This document shows, piece by piece, positions 1 to 9,601 of a stretch of 64,000 bases of DNA (positions are counted from its first letter, which is position 1; each line of letters begins with the position of its first letter). Location: contig CAWABA010000007.1 of assembly GCA_963780185.1 (NCBI GenBank), forward strand, positions 128,001-192,000. The letters run 5' to 3'. The notes beneath the pieces are model-generated. The model saw only the letters and a program-made list of their open reading frames with translations. It had not been told where the DNA came from and did no database searches. The DNA comes from Candidatus Bathyarchaeota archaeon. GTDB taxonomy: Archaea > Thermoproteota > Bathyarchaeia > Bathyarchaeales > Bathycorpusculaceae. The translations under genes and the position numbers were made by a program.

Positions 1-456
1 GCCATATCAGTAGAGCTCGGCTCTATGGTTATTCTGGTTGGAAACGTTCTTTCGGCTACAGGTGGGGTTGTGGCTGGACTTTTCGTGAACAGGGTAGGCC
101 GCAAAAACCTGGGAACCGTAACTTGCCTGCTTGCGGCGTTGCTCACGTTGACATTCTCTTTCATGCCCACATTCGAATTGTCCTGGGTGCTTAATGCTCT
201 GCGCTTCTGTTTCGCGGGCATGTCGTTCACCGCAGGCGGAAGCTTAGTTATCGAGCAACTACCCAAGTTCCGTTCAACCATGATGTCCCTCAACACGACC
301 TTCATGAATCTCGGAATGCTTCTGGCGTCCCTGGCAGGCGGAGTAGCCCTCGACCTATACGGCTACCAAAGCCTCGCGTTGATTCTCGGCGGCTTAGGCG
401 TGCTTGGCTCCGTTATCTGGATAACCCTAGTCAAAGAACCAATCAAAAATCCATAA
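1..456 (+). CDS. MFS transporter, C-terminal part (runs off window start)
   Basis: Frame open from base 1; several hydrophobic helices; MFS-like loop motif GLFVNRVGRK. Confidence 0.75.
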   Translation, partial: AISVELGSMVILVGNVLSATGGVVAGLFVNRVGRKNLGTVTCLLAALLTLTFSFMPTFELSWVLNALRFCFAGMSFTAGGSLVIEQLPKFRSTMMSLNTTFMNLGMLLASLAGGVALDLYGYQSLALILGGLGVLGSVIWITLVKEPIKNP

Positions 457-619
457 AATCGTCAGAAGGAAGAAAAAAGAATGCTTAAGCGCAATGTATA
501 GAGTGCTTCTATGCTTGAAGCGATAAAGATTAAGCCAAATATGAGCAGGCGGACAGCCGCTTTACCCAGAAATCACCCTGGAAATGCAAAAAACGCATGA
601 CAGCAAACCCAAAGACCTG

Positions 620-2548
620 CTATGGTAGAGGAGAAGATTTCGCCATCCGACGTGAAACGGTTCGCCTTTTGCGTTGGATAATTTGCGTTCGATTATTTCC
701 GATATTTGTAAAGTTATGAATTTTGTGGTTCCAAGGTAATGAGATTTTCTTTCTACTACAAAATATTACAAGCGCTATAAAGCATGCAGAAAGCGCGGCG
801 AATGCACCATAGGTATATTCAGGAAGGACAAGGAAACCGCCTCCTACGGTTACGGCATTATTAACGAGAACATCTATGCCTACGTCATATCTGCCGTTGC
901 CGTTTATGTCAATTAGAATATCATATTGCCCGGGTGATGCATTAGGATAGACGCTTGTGATGGCAATATTGCCTGAAATATCGGTCGTCACGCTGGTTGC
1001 TGTACTTGGCACAGTTGGAGTAACGGCTTCACAGTCAGTCCAATCTGTTTGATGCTGAACAATATCCATCGCATAGCTTTCGGACTTTTCAAAGTCAACA
1101 CCTTTTAGGTATACAGTTTCGCCTGAATTGAATATGTTTTTTTGCGTACCAGTTATATCGCATGTGGTAAGCTTAGAAGCAAGACCCCTTTCAGCGTCAA
1201 CTTGAATTTGCTCAGATGTTCTAGCGCAGTTATAGATTTTAACTTCGTCAATTATTCCAGCGAAGTATGTCCATGACCAATCTCCGTGACGACCTATTTG
1301 AACTGGAAGGCTATTGCTAAGGGTCGTTTGAGGAGTGCAACTGCCAGTAAGAACCTGTTGACCATTCACATACATAGCGTAACTATTGCCTGACCAAGTT
1401 GCAGCCAGATGGTACCATTTGCCTACTTGCGTGATTAGTTGAGAAGATTGTCCGCCAAGAATTGCTACTCCGTTGTCAGTCTCAAAAAACAATCGACCAC
1501 TATCAACAGTTCCAAGGAAATACTCCGCGTTTGTTGGAGGAGCCCAACCATCACATTTGCTGATTATACCGTTTGGTCGGGATGGGATACTATCTTCTTG
1601 AACCCAAGCTTCTAATGTTATCTGTGAAAACCCAGTCAAAGTCGGATTGTTCGGTACTTCAACCCAGCTATCAACACCGTTAAAATGTAGTGCCCCATCA
1701 ATTTTTCCTGTAGTCCACGTTGCATCGTAAATTATGCCGTTGTTTCCGTTTCCCGAGGAATCATAAGCCACATTGCCTGAGTCTTCATCAAACTTCCAAT
1801 AACCCACTAGTCCTGCATTGGGATTGGCGTAATCATTTTGAATATCCGTTGGGCTTCTTGCATAATTGTAGATTTTAACTTCATCTATTGCTCCATTAAA
1901 GTTATTATCATACCCCAATGAATGAGCGCCGATTGTAAGAGGGAAACTGGTTGGGTAATTTAAATTGCCTGAGAGGGCCTTGGTATTTTGCAGAGAGCCG
2001 TCAACATAGATTTTGAGGTTACTTCCATCATATGTGCCTGTAAGTTGATGCCATACACCTGCCTGCCAGTGACTAGTAGTTGTGGTGACTCCCTGCCAGT
2101 TTAGTCCTTGGAGAATAACTGCGAACCATATTCTGCCGTCATTGGGGTTGACCTGAAAAGTGTACTCATCTCCTTTATCAATAATGCTCGTAATTCGATT
2201 TAGGCTGCCGTCCAAAGTAACTGTCGGTTTAATCCAGCACTCTAAAGATATTGCATTCCCCTGAACAGCAACGCTTGGAGAAGTTGGAATAGAAACGTAG
2301 TCTTGAGAGCCATCAAAACTTAAGGCATTCGCAATAATTCCCTTAACCCAATGAGGCGCATAGCCAATAGTCCCAGTGTTCCCATTTCCACTGCTGTCAC
2401 TCACGGTAGTTCCTAAGCCTTCATCAAATTTCCAATAACCAAATAGCCCTGAAGATGGGACTGTATCTGCTATAACTTTAGAAGTTGGTATTATTAGCAT
2501 TGATGCACAAAGTACTACGAGAATAAACGTTGCTAGTGGCTTCTTCAC
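620..2548 (-). CDS. Secreted/surface protein with two LamG-like jellyroll domains and a C-terminal LPEY-TM-basic anchor
   Basis: Two repeats of GYWKFDE...DSSGNGN.G...IDEVKIYN; signal peptide after GTG at 2548 (ORF track starts at 2644); C-terminal LPEYTYGAFAALSACFIALVIFCSRKK. Confidence 0.85.
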   Translation of the reverse strand: MKKPLATFILVVLCASMLIIPTSKVIADTVPSSGLFGYWKFDEGLGTTVSDSSGNGNTGTIGYAPHWVKGIIANALSFDGSQDYVSIPTSPSVAVQGNAISLECWIKPTVTLDGSLNRITSIIDKGDEYTFQVNPNDGRIWFAVILQGLNWQGVTTTTSHWQAGVWHQLTGTYDGSNLKIYVDGSLQNTKALSGNLNYPTSFPLTIGAHSLGYDNNFNGAIDEVKIYNYARSPTDIQNDYANPNAGLVGYWKFDEDSGNVAYDSSGNGNNGIIYDATWTTGKIDGALHFNGVDSWVEVPNNPTLTGFSQITLEAWVQEDSIPSRPNGIISKCDGWAPPTNAEYFLGTVDSGRLFFETDNGVAILGGQSSQLITQVGKWYHLAATWSGNSYAMYVNGQQVLTGSCTPQTTLSNSLPVQIGRHGDWSWTYFAGIIDEVKIYNCARTSEQIQVDAERGLASKLTTCDITGTQKNIFNSGETVYLKGVDFEKSESYAMDIVQHQTDWTDCEAVTPTVPSTATSVTTDISGNIAITSVYPNASPGQYDILIDINGNGRYDVGIDVLVNNAVTVGGGFLVLPEYTYGAFAALSACFIALVIFCSRKKISLPWNHKIHNFTNIGNNRTQIIQRKRRTVSRRMAKSSPLP

Positions 2549-2734
2549 TGCTCTTTCCCCTGTTCTTTTCCCGCAGAAAACTATACCAAATGTTGTATTT
2601 TGTACTTTTTTAACATAGAAATGATAAGAAAAGCTTCGCTTCAACTCAAATTTTTGATATTAAACGCTATGGTGTGCCGCAAATAAGCGCAAATAAGTTA
2701 AAAAACAAAAGAAATTGAGAGTCTTTACACTTTT

Positions 2735-4159
2735 TTATTTCTTATTTGTTAGGTATTCGTGCATTGCTTTTGCTGCGCGTTTGCCTGCGCCCATTGCGCT
2801 GATGACTGTTGCTGCGCCTGTGGCTACGTCTCCGCCTGCGTAAACGCCGTCTAAACTGGTTTTGCCTACTTCGTTAACGCATATTGTTCCGTGTCTGGGG
2901 TCGCTTTGTAATCCGTCGGTGGTTCGCTGTATGATGGGGTTGGGTGTTTGACCGATGGCGATGATAACTGTGTCAACGTCCATTGTAAACTCTGACCCTG
3001 GAACTTCTCGGACTCCGCGTCTGCCTTTTGCGTCGGGTTCGGTGAGCTCCATCGCTATGCATTTCATGCTTTTGACCCAGCCGCTTTCGTCGCCGTAGAA
3101 TTCGACTGGTGCACCGAGAAACTTGCAGACCAAGCCTTCTTCTTCGGCATTCTCGACTTCTTCATGTCTTGCAGGCAACTCAGCACGCGAACGCCTATAG
3201 AGTAAGCAAACTTCAGCGCCAAGGCGCATGCTGCTTCTTGCGCAATCCATAGCGACGTTTCCGCCGCCGATTACGACCACATGTTTACCGATGCGTATTG
3301 GTGTATCATAGTCCGGGAATTGGAATGCTTTCATGAGGTTGACGCGAATTAGGAACTCGTTAGCTGAGTAGATTCCGCCCAGATTCTCTCCTCCGCAGCC
3401 TGTGAATTGTGGTAACCCTGCACCGCTGCCGATGAATACTGCGTCGTAACCGTTTTTCATGAGTTCTGGGATCGTGTGGATTCTACCAACGAGGTTGCCG
3501 AGCCGCAAGTCAACGCCGAGTTTCTGGATGTAGGCTACTTCATTTTGCACTATTGCTTTGGGTAAACGGAACTCTGGAATGCCGTAAGATAACACTCCGC
3601 CACCGACATGCAACGCTTCAAACATTGTGATTTCGTGACCGAGCTTTACAAGGTCAGCTGCCGCGGTTAAACCGGCTGGACCGGCACCGACTATTGCTAC
3701 TTTCTTGCCTGTTGGTACTGCTTTGGGTGGAAGTGCATAGCCGTTATCTCGTTCCCAATCTGCTAGAAACCGTTCTAAACGTCCGATGCTAAGCGGATCG
3801 CCCATTTTGCCTATGACACATTTACTTTGGCATTGTACTTCTTGGGGGCAAACACGTCCGCAGACAGCTGGCAAAGCGTTCTTGGTCTTTATCAATGCGA
3901 TTGCTTGATCGTATTTCTTTTCTCTGAGCAGTTTTATGAAGCCGGGAATTGGGACTTCTACTGGGCAACCAGTCATGCATTGAGGCTTAGGACACTGCAG
4001 ACATCGGCTTGCTTCTTCTTGCGCTTCCGCTTCATTGTAACCTAAAGCAACTTCACTGAAGTTTTTAGCCCTAACTTTAGGCTCTTGCTTAGCCATCTCA
4101 ACTGCTTTCTTGTTTAATTTCGGTTTAGGCTTAACTTCTGCCACACTTACAACCTCCAC
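2735..4159 (-). CDS. nfnB: NfnB/SudA-like flavoprotein (GltD-like large subunit of NADH-dependent ferredoxin:NADP oxidoreductase)
   Basis: RCLQC..C..GCP and CGRVCPQE..C Fe-S motifs; GAGPAG and GGGNVAMD nucleotide-binding motifs; adjacent to nfnA-like gene. Confidence 0.85.
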   Translation of the reverse strand: MEVVSVAEVKPKPKLNKKAVEMAKQEPKVRAKNFSEVALGYNEAEAQEEASRCLQCPKPQCMTGCPVEVPIPGFIKLLREKKYDQAIALIKTKNALPAVCGRVCPQEVQCQSKCVIGKMGDPLSIGRLERFLADWERDNGYALPPKAVPTGKKVAIVGAGPAGLTAAADLVKLGHEITMFEALHVGGGVLSYGIPEFRLPKAIVQNEVAYIQKLGVDLRLGNLVGRIHTIPELMKNGYDAVFIGSGAGLPQFTGCGGENLGGIYSANEFLIRVNLMKAFQFPDYDTPIRIGKHVVVIGGGNVAMDCARSSMRLGAEVCLLYRRSRAELPARHEEVENAEEEGLVCKFLGAPVEFYGDESGWVKSMKCIAMELTEPDAKGRRGVREVPGSEFTMDVDTVIIAIGQTPNPIIQRTTDGLQSDPRHGTICVNEVGKTSLDGVYAGGDVATGAATVISAMGAGKRAAKAMHEYLTNKK

Positions 4160-4970
4160 GCATTTCCCACAGTACTGAACTTAACCTTTCTTCAGGCAAC
4201 ATCGTGCGCTGCCTCAGAATCAACTCGTCAAAATCGGTTTGGTGACCGTCAAATTCTGGTCCATCAACGCAGCCGAACAGCATTTTGCCGCCGACTGTAA
4301 CTCGGCATACACCGCACATCCCCATACCGTCAATCATTATAGGCGTTAAAGTCACGATTGTCGGTATGCCGTAGGGTTTGGTGATTTCGCTAACATCCTT
4401 CATAAGAATGACTGGACCCATAACTACGCAGCGGTCAAACTTTTCTTTCTTAAGCAACTCTTTGAGGAAGTCTAACCCTTGGTAACCGGCTGATCCGTCG
4501 TCCGTTGCAATGTATACTTTGTCACTGTAACGTTTCGCTTCATTCTGCATCATTATGAACTCTTTTGTTCGCGCACCAAGAATCGTTGTTACGTTGTTGC
4601 CTGCTTCCTTCATGGCTTTAGCTTGCAGCAGCAAGGGTGCAATCATTACGCTTCCGCCGACGCAGAGAACTTTGCCGAATTTTTTGACTTCAGATGGGTT
4701 GCCAAGTGGGCCTGTGACGTTGTCGATGCATTCGCCCTGGTTTAGCAAGCCCAGTGCTTTGGTGGTTTTGCCGACTTCATGGAAAGCAAACGAAACCGTT
4801 CCTTTCGTCGTGTCGTATCCAGCGATTGTCAGAGGTATCCGTTCGCCTTCTTTACCGTTTATAACTATTAGGAATTGCCCAGCTTGCGATTTAGCTGCAA
4901 CATCTGGAGCTTCAACTTCGAACAGTTTTATTTTCGGGGCAAGTTCTTTTTTAGTAACTATTTTGTACGT
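4131..4970 (-). CDS. nfnA: NfnA/SudB-like FAD/[2Fe-2S] subunit; probable non-canonical ACG start
   Basis: Frame stays open 74 codons upstream of the ORF-track start (TYKIVTKKELAPKIK...GQF...GERIPLTI); DGMGMCGVCRV...CVDGPEF motif; 279 aa. Confidence 0.85.
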   Translation of the reverse strand, partial: TYKIVTKKELAPKIKLFEVEAPDVAAKSQAGQFLIVINGKEGERIPLTIAGYDTTKGTVSFAFHEVGKTTKALGLLNQGECIDNVTGPLGNPSEVKKFGKVLCVGGSVMIAPLLLQAKAMKEAGNNVTTILGARTKEFIMMQNEAKRYSDKVYIATDDGSAGYQGLDFLKELLKKEKFDRCVVMGPVILMKDVSEITKPYGIPTIVTLTPIMIDGMGMCGVCRVTVGGKMLFGCVDGPEFDGHQTDFDELILRQRTMLPEERLSSVLWEMRGGCKCGRS

Positions 4971-6181
4971 TTTGCTTTCGCCTCCACGGTTATTTCACGT
5001 TTTGGTAACGCAGAGATTTTTTTGTAGAAATCATCCAGTTTCTGATTGAATTCGTCAGCGCATCTGGGTGACTCCTCGTATATTGTGAATCGTTCAAGCA
5101 GATTGTTCTTTTTCAGCACGGTGAATAACGCGGCTAAGTTGCGCTCTGCGGTTGCTCTGCCTTCTTGAAGCTTACAGTCTTGTGCTGAGCAAACTACTGC
5201 CATGACGCCGTCGAACCCACAGTTTAACGCGTTAACGACGTGAACGGGGTCTAAAGATTTGAAGCATGGAACTTCAAGAGCTAACACATTTTTGCCTGCA
5301 AAGACGCTGTTGGGGTTGTCTAAAGCTGAAAAGTTTGACCATTGACAGACGAATGCGAGGACTGCTGGACTCTGGTTTTTGGCTTTTAACTTTGCAAGTG
5401 AATCAGCGTAGCGGTTAACAACCTTTTCAAATTCGAATCCTTTTACTTGAATAGCGTGGTGTGGACAAACCAGTTGGCATGCGCCGCAGCCTACACATTT
5501 CTCAACGTTTACTTTCGGGGTGGCGAAGGATTCAAATTCAATTGCTTTGTAGGGGCAGATGAAGATGCATTTATCGCATCCGACGCATTCCTGCACATCG
5601 TAGACTGCTTTACGAGAGAACTTCACGACCTTAACTGCGTTCTCGTCGAAGCCCAGTTGTTTTAGAACGTCTCTGGCTAAAACAAGCCGGCGAGTGTTGA
5701 TTTTTGCACCTTCTTTATTTCTGCAGAACTGGTCTTCACATTGAACCGAAACAATATTTTTTACGCCTAAGCTTAATGCTTCAAAAACAAAATCGGTTGG
5801 AACTCTACCTGCGCAGGGTAAACGCAGTGCAATGTAATTGCCGACTTTCAATCCTTGCTCCTTAAAGATATCATGTACTTCGCCCGTTGAAGGTGAGTTT
5901 CCGCGGCACATCAAGACAAGGGTGTCAACGTTTTTGGTTTTTTCAAGCGCCTGTTTAACGAAGTTTGACAGGTTATCGTAAGTGTAATATTGCGATTTGA
6001 TAGCTGAACTTGGACAAGCACTGTAGCATATACCGCAGACTTGGCATTCTTGGCTGTTGACTTCCACTTTCCCAGCTGAGTCGCGTTTTATTGCATCATA
6101 GGGGCAAATTGACTGGCAAACGTAACATCTGCTGCACAAGTCTTGGTCGATTTCTACTACAGCGAGACATTTTTCACTCAT
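4958..6181 (-). CDS. Tandem (2x[4Fe-4S] ferredoxin + MvhD-like [2Fe-2S]) x2 fusion protein
   Basis: Four CxxCxxCxxxCP motifs in two pairs, each pair followed by an MvhD-like block (PCAGRV...QCEDQFC; VCQW...PC...GFDGV..VVC..QDC). Confidence 0.8.
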   Translation of the reverse strand: MSEKCLAVVEIDQDLCSRCYVCQSICPYDAIKRDSAGKVEVNSQECQVCGICYSACPSSAIKSQYYTYDNLSNFVKQALEKTKNVDTLVLMCRGNSPSTGEVHDIFKEQGLKVGNYIALRLPCAGRVPTDFVFEALSLGVKNIVSVQCEDQFCRNKEGAKINTRRLVLARDVLKQLGFDENAVKVVKFSRKAVYDVQECVGCDKCIFICPYKAIEFESFATPKVNVEKCVGCGACQLVCPHHAIQVKGFEFEKVVNRYADSLAKLKAKNQSPAVLAFVCQWSNFSALDNPNSVFAGKNVLALEVPCFKSLDPVHVVNALNCGFDGVMAVVCSAQDCKLQEGRATAERNLAALFTVLKKNNLLERFTIYEESPRCADEFNQKLDDFYKKISALPKREITVEAKAKRTK

Positions 6182-6453
6182 TCTGAAGCCTCTTTTCATA
6201 CACCGCTGCTACTTTAAACTGATCGTTTAAAGCTGATTAAACGCATGCAAAGGGTTTTAGAATGATATAATCCTTTCCCCGAATTTTCCGCAATATTCAA
6301 TATATTTTTCCCGCCATCATTTCCCTCTTCAGAGCCTTCTTTCTGGGAAGTTGAGACTGATTACACCTTTCCATACAGTTAACTGAGCAAACCGTTGCGT
6401 CGTTAGGCGTTTAATCTAAGTCGGTGCGTTTTGAGGGAGAACCCTGTTTTCAC

Positions 6454-7387
6454 CTATTTTCTGTAGTACGGTCTTCGAATGTAGCTGTAGGCTTCGAGGG
6501 CTGCAGTGATGCCTTGACCGACCGCTGTGCCTACCTGCTTAATCGGCTGGTCCGTAACGTCTCCGGCGGCAAACACACCTAAAAGATTTGTTTGCTGTTT
6601 CACGTCGACTTTGATGTACCCATGATCATCGGTCTCTACCCCGGCTGCTTTAGCGAGCTGGCTATTTGGTGCTTCGCCGATTTGTACAAAAACCGCGTCC
6701 ACCGCCAACTCACTTGTTTTGCCTGTCATGTTGTCTGAGTAGGGATACAGTTCTGACTTGTTTGTCGCCTTTGATTTCTTGAACTTCAGTGTTCCACATA
6801 ACCGTAACGTTGTTCTTGGAAGATATGTCCGTGACTAAGCTTTCCTCCGCCCGGAAGGCTTGCTGTCTATGAATCACGACGACTTGGGCCGCTAACCCTG
6901 AAAGATAAAGAGTCGTTATGCAAGCAGTGTTTCCGCCCCCGACGACTAGCACTCGCTTGCCCTTAAAGAAAGGTCCATCGCATATGCCGCAGTAGCTGAC
7001 GCCTCTGCCTTTGAATTCGTTTTCGCCTTTAACACCGATCTCCCGGTAGTGTGATCCTGTTGAGTAGATGATTGCTTTGGCTTTGTATGTTGCTGCCGAG
7101 GTTTTAACTGTCTTCTCTTCGCCCTGCAACTCCAATTCACTTACGGGTTCCAGCTCGTGGATGGTGGCGCCGACCTTTCTGCAGTGAGAAGCCATTTTTT
7201 CAGCAAGCTCTCCTCCGCTGATTTCAGCAAACCCAGGGTAATTAACAACCGTGGATGCATCGGCGATTGTTCCTCCCGGAAGTTTCTCATCTAAAATTAG
7301 GGTTTTGAGTCCGCTTCTTACAGTGTAGATTCCGGCGGATAACCCCGCGGAGCCAGCGCCGATTATTATTACATCCCAGTTCGCCAT
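6454..7387 (-). pseudogene. trxB: Thioredoxin-disulfide reductase split by a 1-nt frameshift near 6736
   Basis: GAGSAG, GRGVSYCGICDG and GGGN in 6710..7393; GVFAAGD and AVGQG in 6454..6729; removing one base joins the two frames. Confidence 0.85.
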
Positions 7388-7514
7388 AAACACGCATCTC
7401 TTTAAGGAATAAGGGTTTAGGGCGGTTTATGAATTGTTCGATTCTTTTTTGCCGTTGCCAATAAGCTGATAAAGGTGAGTAGATTTATTTGTTTTAGATA
7501 ATGTGTTTTGAGGT

Positions 7515-9284
7515 GTGGTTTTGGCTAGGTTCAGGTGCACTGTTTGCAACTACATTTATGATGAAGCAAAAGAAGGAATGAAATTTAACGATTTGCCTAA
7601 AGAATGGGTTTGCCCAGTTTGCGGAGCCCCCAAATCATCTTTTGTCATGTTGACGGAGACCATTGAGAAGAAAACAGAGAAAAAGATTGAACACACTGTT
7701 TCAGAAGTTCTGATAAACCAGATTGCCGAGTGGGGCGTCCAGTACGTTTTCGGTATCCCCGGTACTTCAACTTTGGGCGTCGTGGATGCCATCCGCAAAA
7801 CCGACGGAAAAGTCAAGTACATTCAAGTTCGGCATGAACAGACCGCTGCGTTTATGGCTTCAGCCTATGGGAAACTAACTGGGCATGTTGCGGCTTGCCT
7901 AGGTATTTCTGGTCCAGGCGCGACGAATCTGGCTACTGGCCTCTACGATGCGAAGCTGGATCATGCGCCTGTTCTGGCGTTGACTGGTTTGGTGGCTAGG
8001 CAAATGATTGGTCCCGGCTCGATACAGGAGATTGACCAGTACGCCTACTTTGAGCCGATATGCGTCTTCAACAAGATCCTTATGGCTGAAGAGCAAACCA
8101 CCATGCTGGCTACTCTGGCGATTAAGCACGCACTTTTAAATCAAGGCGTCTCCCACATCGGGATCCCAAACGACGTGCAGAAGCTGCCGTACGAAGCCGA
8201 CATCTTGCCGTTTGAAGGCAGAATGCCTAATCTCGCCTATGGGCAGGAAGAATGGCTGATTGAGAAGGCAGCAAAACTTGTCGACCAAGCCGCGCGGCCT
8301 GTGATTCTTGCAGGTTTCGGCGCACGGGGCCAAGGCAGCAAACTGCTAAAGTTGGCAACGAAGATTTCAGCGCCCATCATGACAACATTCAGAGCTAAAG
8401 GCGTCGTGGATGAGTATGATCCGCTGAGCATCGGCTGCCACGGCGACCTCGGATCAACCGCTTCCGCAGAACTAATGGGGAAAGCAGATTTGCTTATTGC
8501 GATCGGTTCGTCGTTTTCAGATTTGAGCCATATTCCCCGGAAACGCACGGTGCAGATTGATATTAACCCGCTTATGATTGCGCGCAGGTACCCTGTGGAG
8601 GCATCTTTGCTTGGCAACAGCGCTGTGCTTATCCCGAAGTTGACGGTGCGGGTTCAAGAGAAGAAGAACGCAGCTTACCTCGAGGAAGTTGCCCGTTTGA
8701 AGCAGCAATGGCTCAGCCAAGTGGAGAAGGAAGCTAACCCCACCGTGAAGCCGATTAGACCCCCCTACATAATGAAAGTGTTAAACGACAAGCTTGCCGA
8801 TGACGCCGTGATTTCATTGGATGTCGGCGAGAACTGCTGGTGGTTCGGCAGAAACTTCAGGATGCATAGGTCGCAGAAGATGGTGATGTCTGGAACTTTG
8901 GCGACGATGGGTTTCGGGTTGCCTGGGGCTTTGGCTGCGGCGTTAGCTTACCCTGGCAAGCAGATTGTTTGTTTGACAGGTGACGGCGGCTTAACGATGG
9001 TTTTAGGTGACTTCCTGACCGCGCTGAAGTATCAGTTGCCCATCAAAGTCTTCGTCATAAACAACAGACGCCTCGGCATGATCATGCAAGAACAGAAAGT
9101 TGAAGGCTACGAAAGCTGGCAAACCGACCTATTCGACTTCAGCTTCGCCGATTTTGCAGAGCATGCAGGGGGCTTTGGCATCAGGGTTGCTGAACCAGGC
9201 GACCTTGAAGCAGCGGTTGACAAGGCATTAGCATCTGACAAGCCAGCCATCGTTGACATAGAAACCGACCCGCGAAGATTTTGA
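7515..9284 (+). CDS. Rubredoxin-fused TPP-dependent enzyme (pyruvate oxidase/acetolactate synthase family)
   Basis: N-terminal CTVCNYIYD...WVCPVCG; FGIPG, VRHE, GPGATN and GDGG...NN TPP-enzyme motifs. Confidence 0.85.
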   Translation: MVLARFRCTVCNYIYDEAKEGMKFNDLPKEWVCPVCGAPKSSFVMLTETIEKKTEKKIEHTVSEVLINQIAEWGVQYVFGIPGTSTLGVVDAIRKTDGKVKYIQVRHEQTAAFMASAYGKLTGHVAACLGISGPGATNLATGLYDAKLDHAPVLALTGLVARQMIGPGSIQEIDQYAYFEPICVFNKILMAEEQTTMLATLAIKHALLNQGVSHIGIPNDVQKLPYEADILPFEGRMPNLAYGQEEWLIEKAAKLVDQAARPVILAGFGARGQGSKLLKLATKISAPIMTTFRAKGVVDEYDPLSIGCHGDLGSTASAELMGKADLLIAIGSSFSDLSHIPRKRTVQIDINPLMIARRYPVEASLLGNSAVLIPKLTVRVQEKKNAAYLEEVARLKQQWLSQVEKEANPTVKPIRPPYIMKVLNDKLADDAVISLDVGENCWWFGRNFRMHRSQKMVMSGTLATMGFGLPGALAAALAYPGKQIVCLTGDGGLTMVLGDFLTALKYQLPIKVFVINNRRLGMIMQEQKVEGYESWQTDLFDFSFADFAEHAGGFGIRVAEPGDLEAAVDKALASDKPAIVDIETDPRRF

Positions 9285-9318
9285 GGCATAAATTGGGCTG
9301 ACTTGTAGTTTTTGTGGT

Positions 9319-9487
9319 GGTTTTTGGTTGTAAATACTATACCCCCTCCCTCGGTAGGCGGCTTCTGCGTGGGGTCTGTTTTGGGTTGCTTTTTTGGTTT
9401 AGGCTTAAATCCTTTAAGATTTTGAGAGCTAAAGAAACAGGGAAAACCATTGTTTCCGCTTGAAGTTTTGTAATATTACAAAAGTTT
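9319..9487. repeat. Dispersed non-coding repeat, copy 1
   Basis: TGTAAATACTA..CCCCTCCCTCG..GGCGGCTTCTGCGTGGGG and palindrome TTTTGTAATATTACAAAA (9466-9483), shared with 20683-20850. Confidence 0.8.
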
Positions 9488-9601
9488 GCTGGAAACCCTG
9501 ATGGCATCAATCAAACAACATCTCGCGCAAAGCAGCAATCGTTTAGGGTTGCTTTTTCCTAGTTTAGAGCTTGAATCTGGTTTAGGTTAGATGGCAAAAA
9601 G

